Shown piece after piece: positions 28,274 through 39,458 of a DNA stretch of 64,000 nucleotides. The position numbers were made by a program, and so were the translations under genes. The first letter of the stretch is position 1; the number at the start of each line of letters is the position of its first letter. This DNA is from a virus (Duplodnaviria; Caudoviricetes), in the IMG/VR virus record IMGVR_UViG_3300010354_014876, positions 544 through 64,543 of that record. The stretch is one strand, 5' to 3'. The notes under the pieces were generated by a model. It was not told the DNA's origin. It saw nothing but the letters and a program-made list of their open reading frames with translations, and ran no database searches.

Positions 28274-31200
28274 ATGCCTTTAAGTCGTTTAGAGAATTTC
28301 CTAAAGAATACCAAAGGTAACATTCTCTATGTAAGTCCAAATGATATTGACTCAACAGATTCCTATGAAAATAGGGGAAATTCTTTAACAAGACCCTTTA
28401 AGACAATTCAAAGAGCATTATTAGAGTCGGCAAGATTTTCATATCAGTCTGGAATCAATAACGATCTCTTCAGCAAAACTACAATCCTTCTTTACCCAGG
28501 TGAACATATTGTAGATAACAGACCTGGATGGATTCCTTATGACAATGGATCTGGAGAAGTCAGATATTATGATAGATCTGGTCAATCCGGACTAACTTTA
28601 GCACCTCTTTCTAGCACTTCAGATTTAAATCTTGAAGACGCTTCAAATGATCTCTATAAATTAAATAGTGTTCATGGTGGTGTGATACTTCCAAGAGGAA
28701 CTTCTCTTGTTGGTTTAGATTTGAGAAAAACAAAAATTCGTCCAAAATATGTTCCTGATCCAGAAAACGATAACATTGAAAGAAGTGCCATCTTTAGAGT
28801 AACTGGAACATCTTATTTGTGGCAATTCACTGTTCTTGATGCAGATCCAAATGGAAACTGCTACAAAAACTACATTAACAGTCTTTTTGTTCCTAATTTC
28901 TCACACCATAAACTCACTTGCTTTGAGTATGCTGATGGTGTAAACCAAGTTGATATTAATGATGCTTTCTTATCAATTGATAGTAACTATACTGACCTTG
29001 ATATGTATTACCAAAAGGTTGGTGATTTCTTTGATTCTCCATCTGGTAGGGCAGTTGAACCAGATTTCCCTGCAGGTGGATTTGACTTTGAACCAAAGAT
29101 TGATGAATATCGTATCGTTGGACCTACTGCTGGTTCTGTTGGAGTATCCAGTGTAAGAGCAGGAAATGGATCTCTTGCTGGAGCAAATACGACAATTACA
29201 GTAACTCTTGAAGAACCACTATCTGGTCTTGATGTTGATACTGCATTTTCTATCAGCAACATTAATTCGGAATATGATGGGCAATATGTTGTCAGTGGAA
29301 TTACAAGTTATATTGCGGGAACCAAGGAATTTACTTATCAAGTCCAAAATATTCCAGCAAATCCACTACCAACACTAACAAATTCCTTAGTAGAACTCAC
29401 AAGTGACACTGTAAGTTCTGCATCACCTTATATCTTTAATATTTCATTGAGATCTGCATATGGTATGTGTGGACTTCATGCAGATGGAAGCAAAGCTACT
29501 GGATTTAAGTCCATGGTTGTTGCTCAGTTCACTGGAATTGGTCTTCAAAAAGATGAAAATGCATTCACTGTCTATGAAGATGGAACTTATCTAACCACTC
29601 TAGATGGTGAGAAGAACCTATTCAAAAATTCCAGGGCAATTTATAAACCAGATTATAGAAACTATCATATTAAGGCATCAAATAACGCATTTATTCAGAT
29701 CGTCTCTGTTTTTGCTATTGGTTTTGCTGATCATTTTCTTGCGGAATCTGGTGGTGACCTATCAATCACCAACTCAAACTCAAACTTTGGTGCTAGAGCT
29801 TTAAGATCTTCTGGATTTAGAGATGAAGCATTCTCTCAAGATAATGTTGGTTACATTACTCACATTATTCCTTCTCAGGAAATAGATAAAGCAACCACAA
29901 CTACAGAATTTGCATCAATTGATGTAGAAAAAACTATTAACGTTGGAGTTTCATCGCACTTATATCTTTTTGGTGAAACAAATCCAGATGTTTTACCATC
30001 TTCCGTAATAGATGGATATCGTGTTGGTGCAAATGCAAACGATAAGTTGTTTATGTATGTTTCTGATGGAACTAATACCTCAGAGTATTCTTCCAGAATT
30101 GTAATGCCTTCTGGAGAAAAGGGTGATCTTACTCAAGTAACTTCAGAAAAAGTATCTAAAGTAGGGAGATCCTTATCTGGAATCAATAGTATTACGTCAA
30201 GCAACTCCGTCATTACATTTAATTCTCCCCATAACTTTATAAATGGGGAAAGTGTAAGAATTACAAGTCAAAATGGATTTTTGCCAGATGGCATAACAGA
30301 GAATAGAGTTTATTATGCTATTGTAGATCAAACTCCAGGTGTAGGAAATACTTCAATACAACTTTCTGAAACGTTAAATGGTGCATTGAATGGTGATGCT
30401 ATTGATATTAATAACAATGGTGGAGAACTTAAAGTCATCAGTAGAGTTTCTGATAAAGTAAGTGGAAGTGTCGGACATCCAGTTCAATTTGATACTTCAA
30501 CTAAAAACTGGTATTTGAATGTTTCTTCGGCATCTACTGAGAATAATCTTTATAATGCAATTGTCAGCCTTGGAACAACTGTTCTTGGTCAAAGGTCACC
30601 AAGAGGATATATTAAGAGAACACCTGATACTAGAAATACTCCTGACAAACTTTATAGAATTAGATATGTAATTCCAAAAGAATCCACCGTAGTTAGACAA
30701 CCAGTAGATGGATTTATTCTCCAAGAATCTTCAACAACAATTGAAAGTGGTCAACTTTCAATTACAAACAATACACTTTCAAATCAGAACGTAAGAAAAA
30801 ATCTAAGAATTATTTCTGGGGCATCTTACTCTGCAGGAGTAGCTACTATCTTCACTGAACTTCCTCATGATCTTGTTGTTGGATCTTCAGTTAAAATTAG
30901 AAATATTAAGAGTAGTCAAAATACTGCAGGTGTAGCACTTTCAGCATATAATAAAATATTTGAAGTTGTAGGAGTATCAAGTTCAAAGGCATTTACTATT
31001 AATTTAGCAACTAATCCTGGTTCTTTCTTAAACAATGTTGATACTCGTACTGAAACAGAACTTCCACGTTTTGAAAGGAATGAGTACTCAAACACTTATT
31101 ATGTCTATAGGTCTGAAGAAATTAAGAAGCATATTCCAAATCAACAGGATGGTGTATATCATTTAATTTGTTTAAATTCATCAAATGCTCCTATTGCTCC

Positions 31201-34132
31201 AGATTTTGCAACTGAGAAGTTTTCGCAAAATGTACAAAACTTATATCCACAATATGATCGGGATAATCCACAGTCTGATCCAGAGGCTGCAAAGAGTTAT
31301 GCAAAATCAGACTTAATCGGAAAAGTTATCAGTAATGATTTGAAAAAATCGGTTACTAAGGAAACCGTTAACAAATTTATAACTGACGTTAGTGTAGGTG
31401 TTGGATTAACAAATATCGTATCCACATCAAGCACAACTCACACTGTTTATACTGCAATTGAACATAGATTAAATGGTGTAAGAACAGTTGGAATTACATC
31501 AGCTGGTCAAGGATATGGTAGAGGAACTGGTGGAACAGAGTATCTTTACAACGCAACTCTTGTAGGATCTTCTGGATCAGTTACTGGAAAAAATGCTACC
31601 GCAGTTCTCACAGTAAACTCTGTTGGATCAATTACTGCTATCAGAATAGTTGATCCTGGTTCTGCATATGGTATTGGAAATACACTTACTGTTGTGGGTG
31701 TTGCTACAACAACTTCAGTGGCTAATTTCTACCCAGCTTATGTAACAGTGACGGGAACTTTTGATAATGTAAATGATACGATAAAAGTTGATGGTATTGA
31801 AAATGAAACTTATTCTGGATTCAATAATCTTTATCGTATTGTCGGAATTCATACTGGAGAAACCACTAGAATTGACGTACAAAGTGGAGTATCAATTGCA
31901 AATACTTCTTCATCTGGAATAGGGTTAACTGCCCTTTCAAATTCTATTCTTTATAATACGGGAAAGTCACTAAAAGTTAGTAGTTTTGTATATGATAATT
32001 CTCTTGGTATTGCTACAGTAAAAACAATTGGTGTAGGAAATACAATACATGGATTGGTAGTAGGAAATAAAGTAAGAATTGTTGGTGCAGGTCAGACAAT
32101 CTATAATGGTGGTTTTAGTGTTAAAGAAGTTCTTGGTATCTCTACAGTTGTTTTAAATATTGGAGTTGGAACTGAAGCACCAACTGCAACTGGTGATCTA
32201 TATCTGTTGAAAGAAGGATTCTCTTCTAATTCTGGAAATACAACCAGAGAAGATGAAAATATTGGTGGAAGATTGAATTCAATTTATGCTGGTATTTCTA
32301 CCGTTCTGAGTTCTGCAATCAGTTCTAAGACTTCTACATCAATTTCAATTCAAAACTTCTCAAGTTCTGGATTGAAACTTGGTGATTATGTCGTGGTTGA
32401 TTCTGAAATCATGAGAATTTCATCAGAATCTCCACTAACAGTTTTCCGTGGATGCCTAGGATCTAATGCAAACACTCATGAAGTTAGATCAGAAGTTAAG
32501 AAGATTAGAGTAATTCCAACAGAGTTTAGAAGACATTCTATTATTCGTGCATCAGGACATACATTTGAATATGTTGGATTTGGTCCTGGTAACTACTCAA
32601 CTGCTTTCCCAGACAAGCAAGATAGAGTTCTATCTGATGACGAAAAATTATTATCACAAGCAGTCAAGCAAAATGGTGGATTGGTTGTTTATACTGGAAT
32701 GAATGATGAGGGTGATTTTTATGTCGGAAACAAAAAGGTAAATTCAGCAACTGGTCAAGAAGAAGTATTTGATTCTCCAGTTCCAACTGTAACTGGAGAA
32801 GAGCTTGGATCTGAGTTTGGTGTTAATATTGCCTTTGACGTTATTACTCCACTTGAAGTAAATATTAGTCGTGCTGTAAAGGTTGAAGGTGGTCCAAATA
32901 AAGATATTATTAGTCAGTTTGATGGTCCTGTCGTTTTCAATGAAAAGATTACTTCCAACTCACTTAAAGGAATAGAAGCTTATTCATTATATCTACAAGG
33001 AGATGCTGAAGTATCCAGAAACTTCACAGTTGGAATATCTACTCCAACTACAAGTGGAAACATTGGTGATGTTGTCAATTTCTCCTCACCATTCCAAGGT
33101 GGGTATTCTGGATGGGTTTATACTAGAGAAAATTCTTGGAAGAGATTTGGACTAATATCACTTTCATTGAATTCAAATGACATTAAAGTTGACAAATTTG
33201 GTGTTGGAGTTGGATCTACCACGATCCTTAATAATCCATTCCAATATGGATATGAAAATCCAACTGGAGGAATTAGCACTTCTATTGTAATAACCAGTTC
33301 TGGATTACTGGGTATTGGAACCACTGCTCCAAAACAAACTCTCTCCGTTTATGGAAACGCAAACATAACTGGCGTTGTTACTGCAACATCCTTCTATGGA
33401 GATGCATCCAATCTTACAAATATTCCGGTCACAACTTCTTGGGTTGTAAATTCTGTCGGTATTCATACCTTTGCTAATGTTGGATTTGGAACAACTAACA
33501 CTCAGTTTTCTAAGGTAACAATAGTCAATAATACAAACTCTGGTGTTGCAACTGCTCTTGACGTTGTTGGTGCATCTAGATTTATTGGCACAATGTCAAT
33601 TGATGGAAATACAACTCTTAGGGGTGGTAATTTCATATCTACATCATTTACTTTAGTTGGTGTTGGACAATCTAATATTCTTGCTGGTATTACCACAACG
33701 GTGACGCTTGACGTTAAGAATTCAATAAAGTTAAATACAGATACTTTAAGAGAAAATTCAATCCTTGATGTTGAAGGAAGAACAAGACTCAAATCATATA
33801 CTGAAGCAATAGCAACACCCACTATTTCTTCAAATGAAGTGACTCTAGACCTTTCTTCTGCACAAACTTTCAATGTTTCTCTAACATCAAATATCAATAC
33901 TTTTAACATCACGAATGTTCCAACTACAACTTCTACAACATTCTTAGTTTCACTGACACAAGATGCTACTGGTGGCAGAACTGTATCATTTACCTTTAGT
34001 GGTAAAACGGTTAAGTGGGCAGGATCTGTCGTTCCTACAATGACTTCCACTGCAAATAAAACTGATTTGTATACATTTACGACTTTGGATGGAAGCACTT
34101 TCTACGGTATCACCTCAGGACAAAACTTCTGA
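28274..34132 (+). CDS. large tail/tail-fibre structural protein (1952 aa)
   Basis: MPLSRLENFLKN..GNILYV, RPFKTIQRAL, beta-helix-like N-terminus, GIGTT and VTATSFYGD fibre repeats, C-terminal LTQDATGGRTV domain. Confidence 0.8.
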   Translation: MPLSRLENFLKNTKGNILYVSPNDIDSTDSYENRGNSLTRPFKTIQRALLESARFSYQSGINNDLFSKTTILLYPGEHIVDNRPGWIPYDNGSGEVRYYDRSGQSGLTLAPLSSTSDLNLEDASNDLYKLNSVHGGVILPRGTSLVGLDLRKTKIRPKYVPDPENDNIERSAIFRVTGTSYLWQFTVLDADPNGNCYKNYINSLFVPNFSHHKLTCFEYADGVNQVDINDAFLSIDSNYTDLDMYYQKVGDFFDSPSGRAVEPDFPAGGFDFEPKIDEYRIVGPTAGSVGVSSVRAGNGSLAGANTTITVTLEEPLSGLDVDTAFSISNINSEYDGQYVVSGITSYIAGTKEFTYQVQNIPANPLPTLTNSLVELTSDTVSSASPYIFNISLRSAYGMCGLHADGSKATGFKSMVVAQFTGIGLQKDENAFTVYEDGTYLTTLDGEKNLFKNSRAIYKPDYRNYHIKASNNAFIQIVSVFAIGFADHFLAESGGDLSITNSNSNFGARALRSSGFRDEAFSQDNVGYITHIIPSQEIDKATTTTEFASIDVEKTINVGVSSHLYLFGETNPDVLPSSVIDGYRVGANANDKLFMYVSDGTNTSEYSSRIVMPSGEKGDLTQVTSEKVSKVGRSLSGINSITSSNSVITFNSPHNFINGESVRITSQNGFLPDGITENRVYYAIVDQTPGVGNTSIQLSETLNGALNGDAIDINNNGGELKVISRVSDKVSGSVGHPVQFDTSTKNWYLNVSSASTENNLYNAIVSLGTTVLGQRSPRGYIKRTPDTRNTPDKLYRIRYVIPKESTVVRQPVDGFILQESSTTIESGQLSITNNTLSNQNVRKNLRIISGASYSAGVATIFTELPHDLVVGSSVKIRNIKSSQNTAGVALSAYNKIFEVVGVSSSKAFTINLATNPGSFLNNVDTRTETELPRFERNEYSNTYYVYRSEEIKKHIPNQQDGVYHLICLNSSNAPIAPDFATEKFSQNVQNLYPQYDRDNPQSDPEAAKSYAKSDLIGKVISNDLKKSVTKETVNKFITDVSVGVGLTNIVSTSSTTHTVYTAIEHRLNGVRTVGITSAGQGYGRGTGGTEYLYNATLVGSSGSVTGKNATAVLTVNSVGSITAIRIVDPGSAYGIGNTLTVVGVATTTSVANFYPAYVTVTGTFDNVNDTIKVDGIENETYSGFNNLYRIVGIHTGETTRIDVQSGVSIANTSSSGIGLTALSNSILYNTGKSLKVSSFVYDNSLGIATVKTIGVGNTIHGLVVGNKVRIVGAGQTIYNGGFSVKEVLGISTVVLNIGVGTEAPTATGDLYLLKEGFSSNSGNTTREDENIGGRLNSIYAGISTVLSSAISSKTSTSISIQNFSSSGLKLGDYVVVDSEIMRISSESPLTVFRGCLGSNANTHEVRSEVKKIRVIPTEFRRHSIIRASGHTFEYVGFGPGNYSTAFPDKQDRVLSDDEKLLSQAVKQNGGLVVYTGMNDEGDFYVGNKKVNSATGQEEVFDSPVPTVTGEELGSEFGVNIAFDVITPLEVNISRAVKVEGGPNKDIISQFDGPVVFNEKITSNSLKGIEAYSLYLQGDAEVSRNFTVGISTPTTSGNIGDVVNFSSPFQGGYSGWVYTRENSWKRFGLISLSLNSNDIKVDKFGVGVGSTTILNNPFQYGYENPTGGISTSIVITSSGLLGIGTTAPKQTLSVYGNANITGVVTATSFYGDASNLTNIPVTTSWVVNSVGIHTFANVGFGTTNTQFSKVTIVNNTNSGVATALDVVGASRFIGTMSIDGNTTLRGGNFISTSFTLVGVGQSNILAGITTTVTLDVKNSIKLNTDTLRENSILDVEGRTRLKSYTEAIATPTISSNEVTLDLSSAQTFNVSLTSNINTFNITNVPTTTSTTFLVSLTQDATGGRTVSFTFSGKTVKWAGSVVPTMTSTANKTDLYTFTTLDGSTFYGITSGQNF

Positions 34133-34141
34133 TAATCAATT

Positions 34142-36379
34142 ATGGCACTACTCCTCAATAAAAGAACTCAAACTGAGTTTGATGTATCAGCACCAGTTCT
34201 CACTTTTTCAGATACTGGTGCTGGAGCACAGCAACCATCTGATGTAATTGTAGATTACAATGGATTTGTCACTTTAACTGCTGTTGCAAAAGCCATAAAT
34301 CCATCAACCGATACCGAAGCATCTGGAACTATTTCATATCAGTGGTATAAAGATGGAACATTAATGGTTGGTGAAACTTCATCAAATTTATATTTGAGTA
34401 ATCAAGTTCTTGGTGCAGATTATTATTGTATTGCATCATTTACTCCTGCAGCAGGAACTGCACCTGCCATTAATAGTCCTCTTACATCAGAGACTGCAAC
34501 AACAACGATTAAAATTTATATTGAAATTCTTCAGCAACCTTCATATGTAAAAGTAACTGAAGGAAAACCTGCATCTTTCTCTATTGCTGCAGTTGCGAGT
34601 AATGGGGATAATGCTTCTCTTAGATATGAGTGGTTCTTTAATAACAGTTTGATATCAACAACCATTGGTGGTACATTATCAACAGTTAATGTAACTGCTC
34701 CTAGTCCTCCGGGGTTATATCCAATATATTGTAGAGTTAGTCAGGGTGGTGTTCCAAATGCTACGGCAGCTCCAGCAGTAAATTCAGTAACTGTAAATTT
34801 GGAATCATCACCAAAACCTGCAGTTCAATGTTTACAATGGGATGATCAAATCAAACCTTGTGCAAAAGATGAAACTATTAGAACTGCTTCTGGACTTAAA
34901 TCAGGTCCTGTAAGTGTTTGGTATGGTCCATGGGAATGGGGAACGGATAATGACACATGCTATGTTTATTTTAAGATAAGAATTAATAGAATACACCCCA
35001 GAGCTGGTTTTGGAGATGGACAACAACCATTCACCATGTTTTTCCAGTGTAGACTTCGTGGGCAAGGTGGAGATATCTATAATGCATATAAAGTCTTAGA
35101 ATGGAATGGAACAACTGGAAACACAAACGACTATAAAGATTTAGAATTTGGACCAGGTGATTTTAATGGTCAAGTAGTTAGATCATTTAAATCTGATGGA
35201 TCTGTAAACTTTGAAAGAACTAACACACAAGGACAATATCTTCCTGGATGGGAAGGAACAAGACTTAGATGGCCAAGTGGTTCTGGAAAACCAAAGTTAG
35301 ATATTCTTTTACTCAGTGTTAATAGAAAGAGTGATGGAAACTCTTTACCATCTGGGGCTTTCCCTGAAGTGACGGAATCTGTAAACAACAATATACTTGA
35401 ATGTGGAAGAACTTATGATCCAAATACGGAAAATCCACTGAATCAAACTGCAGCATTTAATACAAATACTCCAATCATTCAATTAACGCATCAAAAGGGA
35501 AAGAAAGTATCATATAACAGATCTGAAGTATACAATATAACACTAAAACGATATGCTGATACCACAAATAGCAATGGAGTTTATGGTGATGGGGGACCTC
35601 CATCAGGAAATGATGCTGTAAATATTGGTGTTGGGCAATGGGAATTCTTCGCACCAAGAGATATGTGGGTTGCTGTTGAAATGGCAGGAGCTGGTGGTCA
35701 AGGTGCTAGAAATTTTAGAAGCAATCAGTTATATCCAGGTGGTAAAGGTGGCGGATCAATCATAAACTTTAAAATGAAAAAAAATGTAGTGTATACATTG
35801 TGTGTAGGAAGAAGAGGATTTACTTATACAACTGGAAATCTATCTACTTTTGAAAATGAAATTTCACCTGGAGGTGGAAGACCTGGATCGGAACAAAATG
35901 ATAATGAAGGTGCAGGTGGAGGAGGAACTTTCCTATATGAAGGTGGACGACTAATTGCTGCCTGTGGAGGTGGTGGTGGAGCTGGAAGAGGTGCAAAGTA
36001 TGATGATGGAAGTTATGGTGATGATGGTGTCGGTAGAATAGGTGGAAATGGTGGTGGATGTAATCTTGGGGGAACTGCTGGTGAGGGATCATTTGGTGGA
36101 ACTGGAGCAACCACTGGTGGACCAGGAAATTGTAAGGACACTAATTTGTATAGCCGTCAAACCAGAAGTCTAAATAGAGATAATTGGATGAGTGATGGTG
36201 AGTGTGGAAGTTGGATATCGGGAGAGGATCCTGGGGCATGTCCATGCATGTATTCAAATGCCACGAATAGAAATTATAGTGATGAATCAAATCCGAAACG
36301 AATTTTAAGTGATGACAGCATTACTACATCTGTAGCAAAATCTTGTGATAGTCCAGCAACATCTAAAGTTTCTTTCTAA
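34142..36379 (+). CDS. Ig-like-domain virion protein with partial C-terminal glycine-rich domain
   Basis: SYQWYKDG and LRYEWF Ig strands, QQP motifs; EMAGAGGQG, GAGGGGTFLY, IAACGGGGGAG. Confidence 0.7.
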   Translation: MALLLNKRTQTEFDVSAPVLTFSDTGAGAQQPSDVIVDYNGFVTLTAVAKAINPSTDTEASGTISYQWYKDGTLMVGETSSNLYLSNQVLGADYYCIASFTPAAGTAPAINSPLTSETATTTIKIYIEILQQPSYVKVTEGKPASFSIAAVASNGDNASLRYEWFFNNSLISTTIGGTLSTVNVTAPSPPGLYPIYCRVSQGGVPNATAAPAVNSVTVNLESSPKPAVQCLQWDDQIKPCAKDETIRTASGLKSGPVSVWYGPWEWGTDNDTCYVYFKIRINRIHPRAGFGDGQQPFTMFFQCRLRGQGGDIYNAYKVLEWNGTTGNTNDYKDLEFGPGDFNGQVVRSFKSDGSVNFERTNTQGQYLPGWEGTRLRWPSGSGKPKLDILLLSVNRKSDGNSLPSGAFPEVTESVNNNILECGRTYDPNTENPLNQTAAFNTNTPIIQLTHQKGKKVSYNRSEVYNITLKRYADTTNSNGVYGDGGPPSGNDAVNIGVGQWEFFAPRDMWVAVEMAGAGGQGARNFRSNQLYPGGKGGGSIINFKMKKNVVYTLCVGRRGFTYTTGNLSTFENEISPGGGRPGSEQNDNEGAGGGGTFLYEGGRLIAACGGGGGAGRGAKYDDGSYGDDGVGRIGGNGGGCNLGGTAGEGSFGGTGATTGGPGNCKDTNLYSRQTRSLNRDNWMSDGECGSWISGEDPGACPCMYSNATNRNYSDESNPKRILSDDSITTSVAKSCDSPATSKVSF

Positions 36380-36381
36380 CT

Positions 36382-39300
36382 ATGTCTGAAAAAAAGTATT
36401 ACGAAATATCTGTTTTAAATGGAAATTGGGAAAATATTCATAGAGAATTATGTGAAGAAACTTGTGACTGTGATCACATTCCAAATAGATGTGTAGAATG
36501 TTATGACCTAGTTAGTCATAGTGAGAATAGAGGAAGATATCTTTTAACCGAAGAAGAAGCAGAGAACTTAAAGAGTCATCCAGATATTAAATATGTGGTA
36601 TTGGATGTTGGAAAATATCCAGAGTTAAAAAAAGTAACTCCTAAACCATGTGAAGTTGCTATCAAAAGGCAATATGATACCACTGCAAAGTCTTTCCCAA
36701 ATATTTGGCAGGGTAATTTTATATACGCTGGACTGGAAATAGATCCTGATTTTCCAGAGGAACCAATCAATACTGCTGGTGAACCAATTAATGCACCGTC
36801 TGGAAGTTCATCGGACAATAAAAGAACTTCATGGGGATTAAAGAGAATTGAAGAAGGTAATGATAGTTTAGTTGATTTTATAGGAGTTCAATCACCAGAT
36901 TATCATTATTATGATTTTTATTATGATATAACAAATAGAGCAAATAAAATAATAAGATTTCAATATGATGGTGAAAAGAATAAAATTGATTTTCTGGATT
37001 CTATAGGCGCTTCAAGTCAATATGATGATTTTTATTCTGGTCCTTCTGGAACTTTAACTTATTATAAACCGAAAAAAATTCCATATAAAGACACTGATGA
37101 AAATTTAACTCAAACAAGTCCAATTTATGGAAAAGCATCTAAATATTATTCTATAAATTTAAAATCAATTCAATATGAAAAGACCGGGCAAAATGTAGAT
37201 TTGATTGTGGTTGATAATGGTGTTGCACAGTATCATCCAGAATTTTTAGATAGATTTCCAAAAATTTCTGGAGCAACCGGTGAAGAATTATTTCAAGGAA
37301 GAAGTAGAGTTAGAGACTTAATACTTGATGGACCATATTTCTTAGATCCTCAATATTTTGACAATAAACCACAACTTAAAACTACAAAGTGGGATGGCAG
37401 ACCAACTTGCACTAGAGCAGGTGCTATAGGATGGTGGGCAAATAGTTCAAATAGAAGTAGTAAGTTTAGTGGAATTGGTCAAATTACTAATTTAGCATCT
37501 AAATTTACAACTCAACCAAATAGTGATCCAAGTAGTGGTTCAAAGGATGCTTATTATGAAGAACAAGTTATTGGTGGACCCCCTGCTGCTGGACATGAAG
37601 TTCCAGATAGTTCTAAAGTAAATATGACTTCAATTATTGGGTTTGGTAGTCCTTTTTATCACGGAACACCATGTGCCAGTGTTGCTGCCGGAGTTAATTA
37701 TGGATCTGCTATTGATGCAAGAATATGGAATCTATCTATAAGATTAAGTGGAAGTAAAGGTGGAGCAATTTCTGCCGATGGATTAGAATCAGATTTGATT
37801 AAAATATTTCATAGAGCAAAAAAAGCTTGTTCTCCATCAGATAAAAGATATTCTGCAGGAAGTACAGATAATCTACTTTTATATTCTCCAACTATTAGAA
37901 GTGATAGTTGGGGAGCTATTAATGATGATTTCTATAATTATATTTCGAGTCAGGTTTCCTTATCCCATGCCCAGTGGACTGATAAAAATGTTAATGGGCC
38001 TGATGATGGATTTACATATCCTGCAGATTTTTTTCAACAAAAAGTAAATGGTGTTGTAAGTTCATTTGAAGTATCGATAAGACAAGAATCCTCAACAAAA
38101 GCAACTCAATTTTACATTTCAGGATTACATCCGTCTCTTATTGATTCAATTACTAGATGTAAAGATTGGTATGAATATTTTAATGAAAATTTTGCAATGT
38201 GTAAATTCCCGTCTTCAGAACAAGAACTTGATGCAGCAAACGAAATGTTTTCTTATGGTGTCATAGGAGTTACTGGTGCCGGAAATGATTGGCATCAAAT
38301 TTATAGTGGAGATAATGACAGATATGATAATTATATAAATTTTGGAGGAAATATTAATTATCGAAATAGTAGAGGACAACCATCAGATTATGGTGGATTT
38401 GATGAAGGTGTTGCTAGACATAAAATGGTTATGGTTGGTGCTATTGATGCTTTGAAAATTGTTGATCAAACTGGGAAAAATAAAGAAACTATAGCAGATT
38501 TTTCCAACAGAGGAAGTGGTATTGATGTTTTTGCTCCCGGAAATGATGTTCTTGCTGCTCAGTATGATCTCTATGATTATGATAGACCAGATTCTCCGAA
38601 CGGAGTGCCATCATATTGGTCATCAAATCTAGCATCCATATATGGATCATTTGGAGATAAATTTTTTGATGGAACAAGTTGTGCTTGTCCAATGGCAGCA
38701 GGAATAATTTGTTTATATCTGGAAGAAAATCCAAATGCAAATTGGTTAGATGTACAAAATTGGATAAGAAGTAGTGCATCCACACCAGCTAATTTTTATA
38801 CTCCTTATTCCAATCCAGATGATAAAAGATATTGGGAAACATCTAAAGGATTTGCTGATTCCCCAAACAGAGTTCTTTATAACTCATATTCTACTAAAAA
38901 ATACACGTATTCCATGCAAGGAAATCAAGTTTTAGACTTTGCTCAAGCAGCACCAGAAAGTCTTTATAGTACCTATGGAATTACTAAAAAAGATGGTATC
39001 AATGCATTAACAAAGACCCCTGAAGATGAAAATGTATCTTTAACAACATTCTTAAAAGCAGTTGATGTTATTGATGCTTTCTCTCAAAGTCCAGAAGCAT
39101 TTGAAAATGCTAAAGTTGTAAATGATGGATTTGGTGGAAGAGATAATGGTGGAAATGCTAGGTATGGTAGACAATTCAATCCATACAAAAATTTAAATGG
39201 ACTTGCTGGTGCTGGTGGAGGTGGTGGTGGTAAATATGGTGGTGGAGGTGCTACCATTGGTGCTGCTGGTGGAGGTGGTGCTGGATATGCCAGCGGGGTT

Positions 39301-39420
39301 GATGTAAAGAGAACAGAACAAGGAACAAACTCTCAAGAGGGTTATGCCAGAATATGGGTTACAGAGGATGATAATTTGAATAATACTGGATGGGGTAAAG
39401 TTGGAATTATAAAGAGATAA
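36382..39420 (+). CDS. subtilisin-like (S8) serine protease with C-terminal glycine-rich segment
   Basis: Catalytic triad VDLIVVDNG, HGTPCASVAAG, GTSCACPMAAG; FSNRGSGIDVFAPG. Confidence 0.85.
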   Translation: MSEKKYYEISVLNGNWENIHRELCEETCDCDHIPNRCVECYDLVSHSENRGRYLLTEEEAENLKSHPDIKYVVLDVGKYPELKKVTPKPCEVAIKRQYDTTAKSFPNIWQGNFIYAGLEIDPDFPEEPINTAGEPINAPSGSSSDNKRTSWGLKRIEEGNDSLVDFIGVQSPDYHYYDFYYDITNRANKIIRFQYDGEKNKIDFLDSIGASSQYDDFYSGPSGTLTYYKPKKIPYKDTDENLTQTSPIYGKASKYYSINLKSIQYEKTGQNVDLIVVDNGVAQYHPEFLDRFPKISGATGEELFQGRSRVRDLILDGPYFLDPQYFDNKPQLKTTKWDGRPTCTRAGAIGWWANSSNRSSKFSGIGQITNLASKFTTQPNSDPSSGSKDAYYEEQVIGGPPAAGHEVPDSSKVNMTSIIGFGSPFYHGTPCASVAAGVNYGSAIDARIWNLSIRLSGSKGGAISADGLESDLIKIFHRAKKACSPSDKRYSAGSTDNLLLYSPTIRSDSWGAINDDFYNYISSQVSLSHAQWTDKNVNGPDDGFTYPADFFQQKVNGVVSSFEVSIRQESSTKATQFYISGLHPSLIDSITRCKDWYEYFNENFAMCKFPSSEQELDAANEMFSYGVIGVTGAGNDWHQIYSGDNDRYDNYINFGGNINYRNSRGQPSDYGGFDEGVARHKMVMVGAIDALKIVDQTGKNKETIADFSNRGSGIDVFAPGNDVLAAQYDLYDYDRPDSPNGVPSYWSSNLASIYGSFGDKFFDGTSCACPMAAGIICLYLEENPNANWLDVQNWIRSSASTPANFYTPYSNPDDKRYWETSKGFADSPNRVLYNSYSTKKYTYSMQGNQVLDFAQAAPESLYSTYGITKKDGINALTKTPEDENVSLTTFLKAVDVIDAFSQSPEAFENAKVVNDGFGGRDNGGNARYGRQFNPYKNLNGLAGAGGGGGGKYGGGGATIGAAGGGGAGYASGVDVKRTEQGTNSQEGYARIWVTEDDNLNNTGWGKVGIIKR

Positions 39421-39458
39421 ATAATAACAAGAAGAATACTACAAGGGGAGAGTGAACC

